Of a stretch of 64,000 nt of DNA, positions 1-8,361 are shown piece by piece. A program made the position numbers and the translations under genes. The stretch is from the NCBI GenBank assembly GCA_930991035.1, contig CAKNRV010000001.1:58705-122704 (forward strand), read 5' to 3'. Source of the stretch: an uncultured Clostridium sp. GTDB lineage: Bacteria; Bacillota; Clostridia; TANB77; CAG-508. A model generated the notes under the pieces. The model ran no database searches. It had not been told where the DNA came from and worked only from the letters and a program-made list of their open reading frames with translations. Positions within the stretch are counted from its first letter, which is position 1; every line of letters begins with the position of its first letter.

Positions 1-591
1 TTTGCCTCCATCTAGTGGTGGAAATGGTAATAAATTCGTAACACCCAGTGACATAGATATTAAAGCCATAATGTATAAGAAATCTATAATAGAACTTGTT
101 TGTGCTACAACCTCAGAGATACCAATTGGTCCCATTAAGTCATTGACTGTAACTTCTCCTGTAAAAATTAGTTTTACACTTTCTACCATAGACATTATAA
201 AACTGCCTGTCGAACTAACAGCAGTTCCCAAGTTTCCTGTAACAATCGCTACTAGCACAATATATAATATTATTGCAAATATTATATTAACAAGTCCTCC
301 AGCTGCTACAACGGCAATTCTTTTTGGAATACTAGCCTCACTAAAAGAACCCTCTTCAGAAGAGCGTTCTTCTTCTCCAAGCATACTTACAAATCCACCA
401 AGTGGAATTAATCTCAATGAATACTTGGTCTTTTTAGTTTCTTTTTTCCAGATAACAGGGCCAAAACCTATTGAAAATTCATTAACTTTTATTTTGCATA
501 AACGTGCAACCCAAAAATGCCCTGCTTCATGTATTAAAATCAAAAAGCCAAGTATTATAATAATTTTCAAAACTGTAATAATAAGATCCAT
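1..591 (-). CDS. Site-2 (M50) zinc metalloprotease, RseP/RasP-like. N-terminal part only, because the gene runs off the window start. The short spacing between the two catalytic motifs leaves no room for a PDZ domain.
   Basis: Not in the ORF track (no stop in window). Manual minus-strand translation from the ATG at 589-591 gives MDLIITVLKIIIILGFLILIHEAGHFWVARL...GVTNLLPFPPLDGGK. HEAGH is the HExxH motif and NLLPFPPLDGG is the NxxPxxxLDG motif. The frame is open to base 1. The gene sits downstream of cdsA, as in other Firmicutes. The plus-strand ORF 2..607 is its antisense shadow. Confidence 0.8.
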   Translation of the reverse strand, partial: MDLIITVLKIIIILGFLILIHEAGHFWVARLCKIKVNEFSIGFGPVIWKKETKKTKYSLRLIPLGGFVSMLGEEERSSEEGSFSEASIPKRIAVVAAGGLVNIIFAIILYIVLVAIVTGNLGTAVSSTGSFIMSMVESVKLIFTGEVTVNDLMGPIGISEVVAQTSSIIDFLYIMALISMSLGVTNLLPFPPLDGGK

Positions 592-620
592 ACCAACTAT
601 TCCTTAATAATTTCATACTA

Positions 621-693
621 GTCCCACGTGGTAGATATATATTTTGTTCGAATACTTGGAGAACACAATATATATCTGTAAGCTCGATGGGAC
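621..693. repeat. Imperfect palindromic intergenic element (nested inverted repeats) between the rseP-like start and the cdsA stop
   Basis: Outer arms are gtccca (621-626) and tgggac (688-693). Inner arms are agatatatattttgt (633-647) and acacaatatatatct (663-677), with one mismatch. It contains the ccacgtgg palindrome. A shorter look-alike (ttccacgtgaagg...acggatttt) lies at about 18948-18975. Confidence 0.6.
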
Positions 694-704
694 GGATTTT
701 TGTA

Positions 705-1511
705 TCAAATAATACTTAATAAAAAGTATGCAAAAGGCAAAATAAATATTACACTATCTATTCTATCTAATATTCCTCCATGTCCAGGGATTAAATTACT
801 ATAATCTTTAATTCCGCAATGTCTTTTAACACTTGAAGCAGCCAAATCTCCTATTTGGCTAATAACACTTAAGAATATTGAGATTCCAAATGCGTATGCA
901 TAATTAATATTCATATTCCAATATGTATTGCAAACCCAAGTATAGATCATAACCAATAGTATTGAGCCAAAGACCCCTCCCAAGCATCCTTCTATTGACT
1001 TATTTGGACTAAGTTCTGTGAATTTGTGTTTTCCAAAATTTTTGCCAATCAAATATGCAAATATGTCTGTTCCCCAAGCTGCAAAGAATACATACCAAAT
1101 TAATATTTTTCCATTATTAAGACTGTCTCTTATTAATGGTGCAAACATTAGGAAAAATACTATGTAACAAACTCCAAACAGTGAAATTGCTATATCTGTT
1201 ATATTATTTTTCATATTAGTCACAACAACTTGAGTAAATAATGCTAATATGTTAAATAATATTATTAAAGTTGTTGCTGGTAGCACATATTCGTTTGGAA
1301 TTAAATGTATAAAGCAAATGAGTCCCGCCGTAACGTATCCAATCCATTGTATAGGGTTTGCTTTGCCTTTAAAAGCCTTATAGAATTCGTGCAAACTCAT
1401 TATTGCTATTATACTTATAAACACATCCACTAAATATTTATTTCCAAATATTATTATTACTGCAAAAATTGGAAACAATATTATTCCTGATACAAATCGT
1501 TTTATGTTCAT
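705..1511 (-). CDS. cdsA: Phosphatidate cytidylyltransferase (CDP-diglyceride synthase)
   Basis: 268 aa multi-pass membrane protein with the C-terminal CdsA signature SSVKRHCGIKDYSNLIPGHGGILDRIDS. Synteny with uppS, frr and pyrH. Confidence 0.9.
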   Translation of the reverse strand: MNIKRFVSGIILFPIFAVIIIFGNKYLVDVFISIIAIMSLHEFYKAFKGKANPIQWIGYVTAGLICFIHLIPNEYVLPATTLIILFNILALFTQVVVTNMKNNITDIAISLFGVCYIVFFLMFAPLIRDSLNNGKILIWYVFFAAWGTDIFAYLIGKNFGKHKFTELSPNKSIEGCLGGVFGSILLVMIYTWVCNTYWNMNINYAYAFGISIFLSVISQIGDLAASSVKRHCGIKDYSNLIPGHGGILDRIDSVIFILPFAYFLLSII

Positions 1512-1529
1512 TTTTTTATCCTTTCAAGT

Positions 1530-2279
1530 TTATTTTCCTCCAAATTTTCTATTTCTTTGTTCAAAAATTTGAATTGCTTCTAATAGGTCCTCTTCTGAAA
1601 AATCAGGCCAATACTTATCTATAAATAAAAATTCTGTATACGCCAATTGCCATAATAAGAAATTGCTTATTCTAAGCTCTCCTCCAGGTCTTATTAGTAA
1701 ATCAGGTTCTGGCTCTCCTTTTGTATATAAATTATCTGATATCAAATTTTCATTAATATCTTCAATTTTTATTTCACCTGACTGTACTCTAGTAGAAATA
1801 TTTTTTACAGCCTCCACAATCTCTGCCCTTCCACCATAATTGAAAGCAATATTTAATGTTAAACCTGTATTGCTTTTAGACTTTTCTACTATATTATATA
1901 TTTTTTTCTTTAAGTTATCACTTAAACTATCAATATCACCTAAAGCTCTAACTCTAATATTACGCAAACTATCTCTATTTAAAAATCTATCTAAATAGTT
2001 TTCAAGCAAAATCATTAGAGCTCCAACTTCTTCTTTAGTCCTTTTCCAATTTTCTGTTGAAAATGCATATACGGTTAAATACTCTAGACCAATTTGATTA
2101 GCAAACTTAGCAATTTTTTCCAGCGTCTCTGCACCTTGCTTATGCCCCAATCTCGTATCTAATCCTCTTTCCTTTGCCCAACGTCTATTTCCATCCATTA
2201 TTATTGCTATATGTTTTGGCATTAACTCTTTATCTATATCTTCAATTGTCACTAATATTTCATTCCTTTCTGAAGGCAC
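1530..2279 (-). CDS. uppS: Isoprenyl transferase (undecaprenyl diphosphate synthase)
   Basis: 249 aa with IIMDGNRRWAKERG and the C-terminal RFGG-like end (RKFGGK), typical of cis-prenyltransferases. Synteny. Confidence 0.92.
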   Translation of the reverse strand: MPSERNEILVTIEDIDKELMPKHIAIIMDGNRRWAKERGLDTRLGHKQGAETLEKIAKFANQIGLEYLTVYAFSTENWKRTKEEVGALMILLENYLDRFLNRDSLRNIRVRALGDIDSLSDNLKKKIYNIVEKSKSNTGLTLNIAFNYGGRAEIVEAVKNISTRVQSGEIKIEDINENLISDNLYTKGEPEPDLLIRPGGELRISNFLLWQLAYTEFLFIDKYWPDFSEEDLLEAIQIFEQRNRKFGGK

Positions 2280-2313
2280 ATATCTGATTGTAATTATTTT
2301 TCAATCATTCTCC

Positions 2314-2862
2314 TTATAAACTCATTACTTCTCTCTCCTTCTTATCAAGAAGGCTATCTATTTCTTCAACATATTTGTCAGTTAACTTTTGTATTTTATC
2401 CTCTGCAACTTTCAAATCGTCTTCAGAAATTTCAGAATTCTTTTGCATTGTTTTTGCCTCATCAAGTGCGTCTCTTCTTATATTTCTAATCATAACTTTT
2501 GCTTCTTCTGCCATTTTCTTAATATCTTTTACAATTTCTTTTCTTCTTTCCTCATTAAGCTCTGGGAAATTTAATCTAATTACTTTTCCATCATTATTTG
2601 GATTTATTCCTATATCAGATTTTAAGATTTCTTTTTCTATCTCTTTTAATACACTAACATCCCAAGGTTGTATAACAATCATTCTAGCCTCTGGTACAGA
2701 AATACCAGCCACTTGGTTAATTGGTGTTGGTGTTCCATAATAATCTATTTTTATTTTATTTAATATTGCAGGATTTGCTCTACCTGCTCTTACCTCTGCT
2801 AAATTTTCCTCAAAAACACTAATTGATTTCATCATTTTTTCTTCAAATTTACTATAATCCAT
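2314..2862 (-). CDS. frr: Ribosome recycling factor
   Basis: 182 aa. Typical RRF length and sequence (RAGRANPAILNKIKIDYYGTPTPINQVA...). Lies between pyrH and uppS. Confidence 0.93.
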   Translation of the reverse strand: MDYSKFEEKMMKSISVFEENLAEVRAGRANPAILNKIKIDYYGTPTPINQVAGISVPEARMIVIQPWDVSVLKEIEKEILKSDIGINPNNDGKVIRLNFPELNEERRKEIVKDIKKMAEEAKVMIRNIRRDALDEAKTMQKNSEISEDDLKVAEDKIQKLTDKYVEEIDSLLDKKEREVMSL

Positions 2863-2927
2863 AATTCATTTTGTACAAGCTAATTCTTGTACACTCCTTT
2901 CTTTATTTTATTTTCTTATTAATTATC

Positions 2928-3641
2928 TTATTTAATTAATGTACCTACTTTTTCGCCTTTTACAATTTTAATAATATTTTCAGGTTTTGCAATTTCAAAT
3001 ACAATTAGTTTAATATTATTGTCCCTACAAAGTGAAATTGCTGTTGAATCCATAACTTTTAGATTATCACTTAAAATATCTAAATATGTGATTTCGTCAA
3101 ACTTCTTTGCATTCTTATCAACTTTTGGATCCGCAGAATATACTCCATCTATTGTTTTCCCCACCAAAATAACTTCTGCATCAATTTCGGCTGCTCTTAA
3201 AGCTGCAGCTGTATCTGTTGTAAAATATGGATTTCCTGTTCCACATCCAAAAATAACTACTCTGCCTTTTTCCAAATGTCTAACTGCTCTTCTTTTTATG
3301 TATGGTTCTGCAATTTCTCTCATTTCAATAGCTGTCTGAAGTCTTGTATATACACCTTTTTCCTCTAGAGCATTTTGAAGTGCTAATCCATTCATTGTCG
3401 TAGCAAGCATCCCCATATAATCAGAGGTGGTTCTTTCCATATTTTTATTTGCTCCTCTCCAAAAGTTACCACCTCCTACAACTATTGCAACTTCAGTTTT
3501 CATCTTAACAAGTTCTTTTATTTGCTCACAAATTTTATCTACTGTTTCTGTGTCGATTCCAGTTTTGTTTTCTCCTGCCAAAGCTTCTCCACTTAATTTC
3601 AAAAGAATCCTTTTGTACTTATTTTCAGGCAATTTACACAC
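2928..3641 (-). CDS. pyrH: UMP kinase
   Basis: 237 aa with N-terminal [13 protein letters not shown] and the amino-acid kinase fold motif [10 protein letters not shown]. Synteny. Confidence 0.93.
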   Translation of the reverse strand: MCKLPENKYKRILLKLSGEALAGENKTGIDTETVDKICEQIKELVKMKTEVAIVVGGGNFWRGANKNMERTTSDYMGMLATTMNGLALQNALEEKGVYTRLQTAIEMREIAEPYIKRRAVRHLEKGRVVIFGCGTGNPYFTTDTAAALRAAEIDAEVILVGKTIDGVYSADPKVDKNAKKFDEITYLDILSDNLKVMDSTAISLCRDNNIKLIVFEIAKPENIIKIVKGEKVGTLIK

Positions 3642-3813
3642 TCTCCTTACCTATTATTTTAATATCATATATTCTATCATATATTTTTAATTTTTCCACC
3701 ATTTTTTAAAAATTTCTTAAGACTTTTTCTAAATTTTGCAGTGATATTTTTTATAATTTTGATAATACTATATTAAGAAGATATAGATATGTTATTTAAG
3801 AAAGGCTTTGACA

Positions 3814-4440
3814 ATGAATCAAATACTTTTTAATCCTCAAAAAATTGCAAATAATTATCGAAAATTAAAAAGTTATAGGATATTATTTATTATTTTGCTA
3901 TTTATAATTTTTATTCTTCTTTTCTCTTTATTCATAAAATTGAATAAAAATGACGTAGATGAGCAAATTTCAAAAAAACTATCTTCTTCCTATTCCGTTT
4001 CGACATTATACTCCGATAATTCTACTATAACTACTACTTTAGATAATGATCCTTTTGTTATCGGAATTATAAAAATTGATAAAATAAATCTAAACTATTC
4101 TATTCTTTCTGTTAGTAATAATGATTTATTAGATATTTCTGTTTGTAGATTTGCTGGCCCAATGCCAAATGAGATAGGAAATCTGTGCATTGCAGGTCAT
4201 AATTATGTAGATTATAAATTTTTTAGTAGATTAAATGAACTCGAATTAGGGGACAATATAACAATTTTCGGATTAAATGGAGTCTCAAAAGACTACACTA
4301 TATATGATATATATGAAATAAAGCCAAGTGATACCTCCTGTACCTCACAAGATACAAATAATTTAAGGATTGTAACATTAATTACTTGTAACAATGTAAA
4401 TGGCAAAAGACTAGTAGTGCAAGCAAAAGAAATACCTTGA
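3814..4440 (+). CDS. Sortase family transpeptidase (chromosomal)
   Basis: N-terminal TM segment, a catalytic His region (CIAGHNY) and a TLITC-type Cys motif (IVTLITCNN). The ATG at 3814 is preferred over the TTG at 3808 because AAGG lies 8 nt upstream. The adjacent convergent gene is an LPQTG substrate. Confidence 0.8.
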   Translation: MNQILFNPQKIANNYRKLKSYRILFIILLFIIFILLFSLFIKLNKNDVDEQISKKLSSSYSVSTLYSDNSTITTTLDNDPFVIGIIKIDKINLNYSILSVSNNDLLDISVCRFAGPMPNEIGNLCIAGHNYVDYKFFSRLNELELGDNITIFGLNGVSKDYTIYDIYEIKPSDTSCTSQDTNNLRIVTLITCNNVNGKRLVVQAKEIP

Positions 4441-4472
4441 ATTTTGGAAAGCTCAAGGTATTTCAATTTATT

Positions 4473-4844
4473 TTATGATCTATAATCTCTTATTTTCTTA
4501 TACGCATAGATTGCTAGAACAGCACAAACTATTATGAAGAACACAACTGTTATGTCTTCTGTTACACCAGTTTGAGGTAGTTCATTATTTGCTGTTGTAT
4601 TAGTTCTATTTGTATTAGGTTGAATAATAGTTGTTTCATTGCCTCCTGTTACGTTACCTGTTTCATTTGTTGTAACATTTTGAGTGTTTGTGTCAGTTTG
4701 ATTTGTTGTATTAGAGTTATTGCCACCAATTAAATCATCCAAGTCAATTATGTTTGTATCAGTTGCATAAACTTGTACACTAATTAATCCTAGAATTGCA
4801 AATATAACTACTAATAAAATTACAATTTTTTTTGTTTTTAACAT
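4473..4844 (-). CDS. Small Asn/Thr-rich surface protein with an LPQTG cell-wall sorting signal
   Basis: Signal peptide MLKTKKIVILLVVIFAILGLISVQVYA. The C-terminus reads LPQTG, then a hydrophobic stretch, then a KKIRDYRS tail. Lies next to the sortase. Confidence 0.75.
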   Translation of the reverse strand: MLKTKKIVILLVVIFAILGLISVQVYATDTNIIDLDDLIGGNNSNTTNQTDTNTQNVTTNETGNVTGGNETTIIQPNTNRTNTTANNELPQTGVTEDITVVFFIIVCAVLAIYAYKKIRDYRS

Positions 4845-5051
4845 ATCTTTTCTCTCCTTCTTCTTTAGATATATTTCTCTTATTATTTATCATTTTCTGT
4901 ATTTTATACATAAATAATAAACACCTACAAAACTATTGTACTATTTTTTTATTTCTTCGTCAAGTTTTTTTAAAATTTTTTTATTTTTTTATTGCATTGT
5001 TACAGTTCACAGTTTATTTTTGGAGAAGAAGTATATAACTGTAAATTGTAA

Positions 5052-6143
5052 CTACACATTAAATCTAAATAGCACAATATCTCCTTCTTGCATTATATAA
5101 TCCTTGCCCTCTGAGCGAACTAAGCCTTTATCCTTTGCTGCATTCATACTTCCTTCTCTAATTAAATCCTCATAAGATACAACCTCTGCTCTTATAAAGC
5201 CTCTTTCTATATCACTGTGGATTTTTCCTGCTGCCTGAGGTGCTTTTGTACCTTTCTTTATTGTCCATGCTCTAACTTCTGGTTCTCCAGCTGTTAAAAA
5301 TGACATTAATCCTAATAAATTATAACTTGCCTTAATAACTTTGTCTAGTCCTGATTCTTCAAGTCCAAGTGCAGATAACATTTCCTTCTTATCTTCTCCA
5401 TCTAAAGAAGCTAGTTCTTCTTCTATTTTTACACATAATGGAATTACTTCTGCATTTTCAGTTTTAGCATATTCTACTACTTTTTTTACATTCTCATCTT
5501 CAAACGGATTTGAAAGTTGTTCTTCTGAAATATTGGCAATATAAAGAATTGGCTTCATTGTAAGTAAATATGTGTCTTTTAAAATTTCTTGCTCTTCTTC
5601 ATTAAAAGTCATTGTTCTTACAGATTTACCTGATTCCAATGTTTTTTTTATGTTTTCAAACAATTCTACTTCTTGCTCATATTTTTTATCAGCTTTTAAT
5701 TTCTTTTTAGCATTATCTAATTTTTTATCTACTGTTTCTAAATCTGCAAATATCAATTCTAAGTTTATTGTTTCTATATCCCTTTTAGGGTCAATACTTC
5801 CATCAACGTGTACAATATTTGGATCTTCGAAACATCTTACAACTTCTACTATACTGTCTACTTCTCTTATGTGAGACAAGAATTTATTTCCCAATCCTTC
5901 TCCCTTGCTAGCACCTTTTACTAATCCTGCTATATCTACAAATTCTATAACTGCATAAGTAGTTTTTTTTGCATTGTACATTTTTGTAAGTACTTCTAAT
6001 CTTTCGTCTGGTACTGGAACAACTCCGACATTTGGTTCTATTGTGCAAAATGGATAATTTGCACATTCTGCTCCAGCATTTGTTATTGCATTAAACATTG
6101 TACTTTTGCCTACATTTGGTAGTCCTACAATTCCTATCTTCAT
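5052..6143 (-). CDS. ychF: Ribosome-binding ATPase YchF (Obg-like)
   Basis: 363 aa with P-loop GIVGLPNVGKST. The conserved C-terminal TGS-like region ends in DGDIVLFRFNV. Confidence 0.92.
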   Translation of the reverse strand: MKIGIVGLPNVGKSTMFNAITNAGAECANYPFCTIEPNVGVVPVPDERLEVLTKMYNAKKTTYAVIEFVDIAGLVKGASKGEGLGNKFLSHIREVDSIVEVVRCFEDPNIVHVDGSIDPKRDIETINLELIFADLETVDKKLDNAKKKLKADKKYEQEVELFENIKKTLESGKSVRTMTFNEEEQEILKDTYLLTMKPILYIANISEEQLSNPFEDENVKKVVEYAKTENAEVIPLCVKIEEELASLDGEDKKEMLSALGLEESGLDKVIKASYNLLGLMSFLTAGEPEVRAWTIKKGTKAPQAAGKIHSDIERGFIRAEVVSYEDLIREGSMNAAKDKGLVRSEGKDYIMQEGDIVLFRFNV

Positions 6144-6208
6144 TTTATCTCCTCTCTTAATAGCTGTTTTTATTAATGCTTTGAATTATATTATTTGATT
6201 TTACTCTG

Positions 6209-7242
6209 TCACAGGGTAGCATTATTGGATGCATTTTCGTCAGCTGTTATGTTTGTATCGGTTGAGTTATTATTACCACCATCAGCAGTGGTATTTGTAT
6301 CCGTTATGTTATTGCCTCCATCAACAGTAGTGTTTGTGTCTGTTGTGTTGTTGTTTTCTTCTTTACTTTCCTCTTCTTCTAACTGTTTTAAATATTTTGG
6401 CCAAGGATTATTTTTATTAGGATCAGTTGGATCCCATCCTCTTACATTTTCAGGCGCACTTGAAATTTTTCGTGCTGATGACTTTCCAAGCGGTCCTGGA
6501 TTTGAACTAGAATAGAACTCTACTATTGTTCCTGCTCCAACATTATTATATATCCACAAAGAATCTTTCGAAGTCAATCTAACACACCCTAAAGACGCTT
6601 TTGTTCCTAGCTTGTCATATTCTTGTCATATTCCCAGTATTCTAGAGAAGATAAATCTCCCTGAGTAATATATGGAACTGAATGAAATAATATATTTCCA
6701 TCTATTTGAGTTACATAGTGTCCAAATACATCGCCAATCATCCTAAGCCATTCCCATCTATATCCTATCGTATATGTACCAGACGTTGGTGTATGCGTAC
6801 CGGTTGAGCAAACCATTGCTTTTACTGGAACTGTGTAATCTCCATTTTCATCTTTTGTATATATATTTACAACTTGTGCTCCATAATTTACTTTAATGTA
6901 ATACTTTTTTGTATACGATTGCTCAGCTTTATTTTCTGTCTTATTGTCATTTTTATTGTTTTCTTTCCCGTCTTTTTTATCTTCTTGTTCTTTTTCCAGA
7001 TTTGCTAAATCTTCTTGAGAAGTAACATTATCTATTGTAGCAAATTCCTCTTTAGTAGCAGAATCACCTCTGTTTATAGATTGAGAATTCACATTACTAT
7101 TTACAGCAGCTAATCTAGTATAACGTATGTACTCGCAAGTTCCTATTGCTAATGAAAATGTAATGACCATACATACTAATATAATAAAAGCTGCTGTTTC
7201 ATCCTTAATATTTTTTTTCATTGAATCTTTAAACTTTCCCAC
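6209..7242 (-). pseudogene. L,D-transpeptidase (YkuD family) disrupted by an 11-bp tandem duplication just upstream of the catalytic Cys motif
   Basis: ORFs 6607..7242 and 6209..6577 are two halves of one gene. Removing one copy of the duplicated 11-mer gives ...LEYWEYDKLGTKASLGCVRLTSKDSLWIYNNV..., which restores the H...S-x-GC-x-R YkuD active site (FHSVPY...SLGCVRL). The C-terminus carries three TDTN(T/I)T-x-D-type repeats (about 6212-6343). Confidence 0.85.
6611..6632. repeat. Perfect 11-bp tandem duplication (cttgtcatatt x2) causing the L,D-transpeptidase frameshift
   Basis: Read directly from the sequence: 6611-6621 is identical to 6622-6632. Confidence 0.95.
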
Positions 7243-7271
7243 TTTTAAATTTTTCTCCTTCTAAGGATTTT

Positions 7272-7347
7272 TGGAGCTTCCAGACGGAATCGAACCGTCG
7301 ACCCCAGCCTTACCATGGCTGTGCTCTACCTACTGAGCTATAGAAGC
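7272..7347 (-). tRNA. tRNA-Thr (anticodon GGT), CCA encoded
   Basis: The reverse complement folds as a canonical 76-nt cloverleaf: acceptor GCTTCTA/TGGAAGC, D-arm GCTC AGTAGGTA GAGC, anticodon arm CAGCC ATGGTAA GGCTG, T-arm GACGG TTCGATT CCGTC, then T-CCA. Confidence 0.9.
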
Positions 7348-7507
7348 ATCTACCCTTTTCTAAACAAAGTACTGAAATCGCCTATATTAATAATTTGAGT
7401 TTTACACTGTAATGAGAAAAACTAAAAAACAATGGCGATTTCAACTATTGCTGTAATATATAAATAGAAGTTTCATATTAGGTAAAATGCTATTTTTAGC
7501 AAAATTT

Positions 7508-8158
7508 CTAATCTTTATCTAATCCTTTTACAGCTTTTTTACGTATACGCTGTATAGCATTATCTATTGACTTTACAGGAGTTTGTAAATCTTCTGCTAT
7601 TTCTGTATAGCTTTTACCATTTATGTATTTGCTTAGCACTTTCTTTTCAAAATCACTAAGTGACTTATCAATGGTATCTTCTACTTTTTTATAGTATTCT
7701 TTTTTCGTTATTGTATCTAATGGATCTTCTACTAAAGCGGAATCAAATACATCTATCAAAGCTGTATCGCTATCGCTTTCTTCTTCATTATACGCAGAAA
7801 TGTTTAATGATAAATATGAATTTAGAGGTAAATGTTTTTGCCTGTTTGACGATTTAATTGCTGTAATCAGTTGTCTTTCTATGCACATATTAGCAAAACT
7901 TTTGAAAGAACTTTTCATTTCCGGTTTATAGCTTTTTATTGCTTTAAATAAACCAATTAATCCTTCTTGAACAATGTCATCTCTTTCTGCTCCAATTATA
8001 AAGTATTTACTAACTTTGATGTTTACAAGTTCTTTATATCTATTTATTAAATAGTCAAAAGCTAATTTATCTCCAGACCTAATAATTTCTACTAAATCTT
8101 CATCTTTTATGTTGTCATAATCTTTATTTTCTGAGTATAAAACATTTGCATTTTCCAT
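7508..8158 (-). CDS. sigH: Sporulation sigma factor SigH (sigma-70 family)
   Basis: 216 aa. Region 2 reads DIVQEGLIGLFKAIKSYKP..SFKSFANMCIERQLITAIK. A region 4 HTH lies at the C-terminus. Length and sequence are typical of SigH. Confidence 0.8.
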   Translation of the reverse strand: MENANVLYSENKDYDNIKDEDLVEIIRSGDKLAFDYLINRYKELVNIKVSKYFIIGAERDDIVQEGLIGLFKAIKSYKPEMKSSFKSFANMCIERQLITAIKSSNRQKHLPLNSYLSLNISAYNEEESDSDTALIDVFDSALVEDPLDTITKKEYYKKVEDTIDKSLSDFEKKVLSKYINGKSYTEIAEDLQTPVKSIDNAIQRIRKKAVKGLDKD

Positions 8159-8361
8159 TTGTATAAAGAATACCTCCTGAAGTTTCCTATGCTGTTATTA
8201 TAAGCCAGCTGACTTTTTTAGTCAATAGAAAATTGATATTTTCTTTAATTTGTGCTAATATATTGTTACAATTTACGGCCCTTGAAATAAAAAGCAAACA
8301 ATGTATGTTTTAAAATAAGGATGTGAATTGTAGCAATACATTAGTACAGGAGGAATTTCAA

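Noticed and set aside
2-607. Plus-strand ORF of 201 aa at the window start, and many similar plus-strand ORFs inside minus-strand genes (for example 2375..2740, 3019..3339, 5341..5874, 13618..14274, 21713..22024, 27020..27508, 28489..30030, 32435..32791, 54537..55193, 60194..61036)
   Set aside because: Each lies antisense to a gene with clear family motifs. Their products are low-complexity Ser/Phe/Ile/Leu-rich shadows typical of AT-rich genomes, and none has an RBS or a recognisable domain.
6209-6577. Calling the 122-aa ORF an independent gene
   Set aside because: It is the C-terminal half of the L,D-transpeptidase. The frame continues upstream of its first Met, and joining across the 11-bp duplication recreates the SLGCVRL active site.
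8323-8361. Extended starts proposed by the ORF track (8323 for rqcH, 15912 for the HNH gene, 37646 for the Spo0A-like gene, 19860 for patatin, 35702 and 49374 in the ICE)
   Set aside because: In each case an internal ATG is preceded at 6-9 nt by a strong AGGAGG-type Shine-Dalgarno sequence and begins the conserved N-terminus. The upstream codons are non-ATG or look like promoter sequence.
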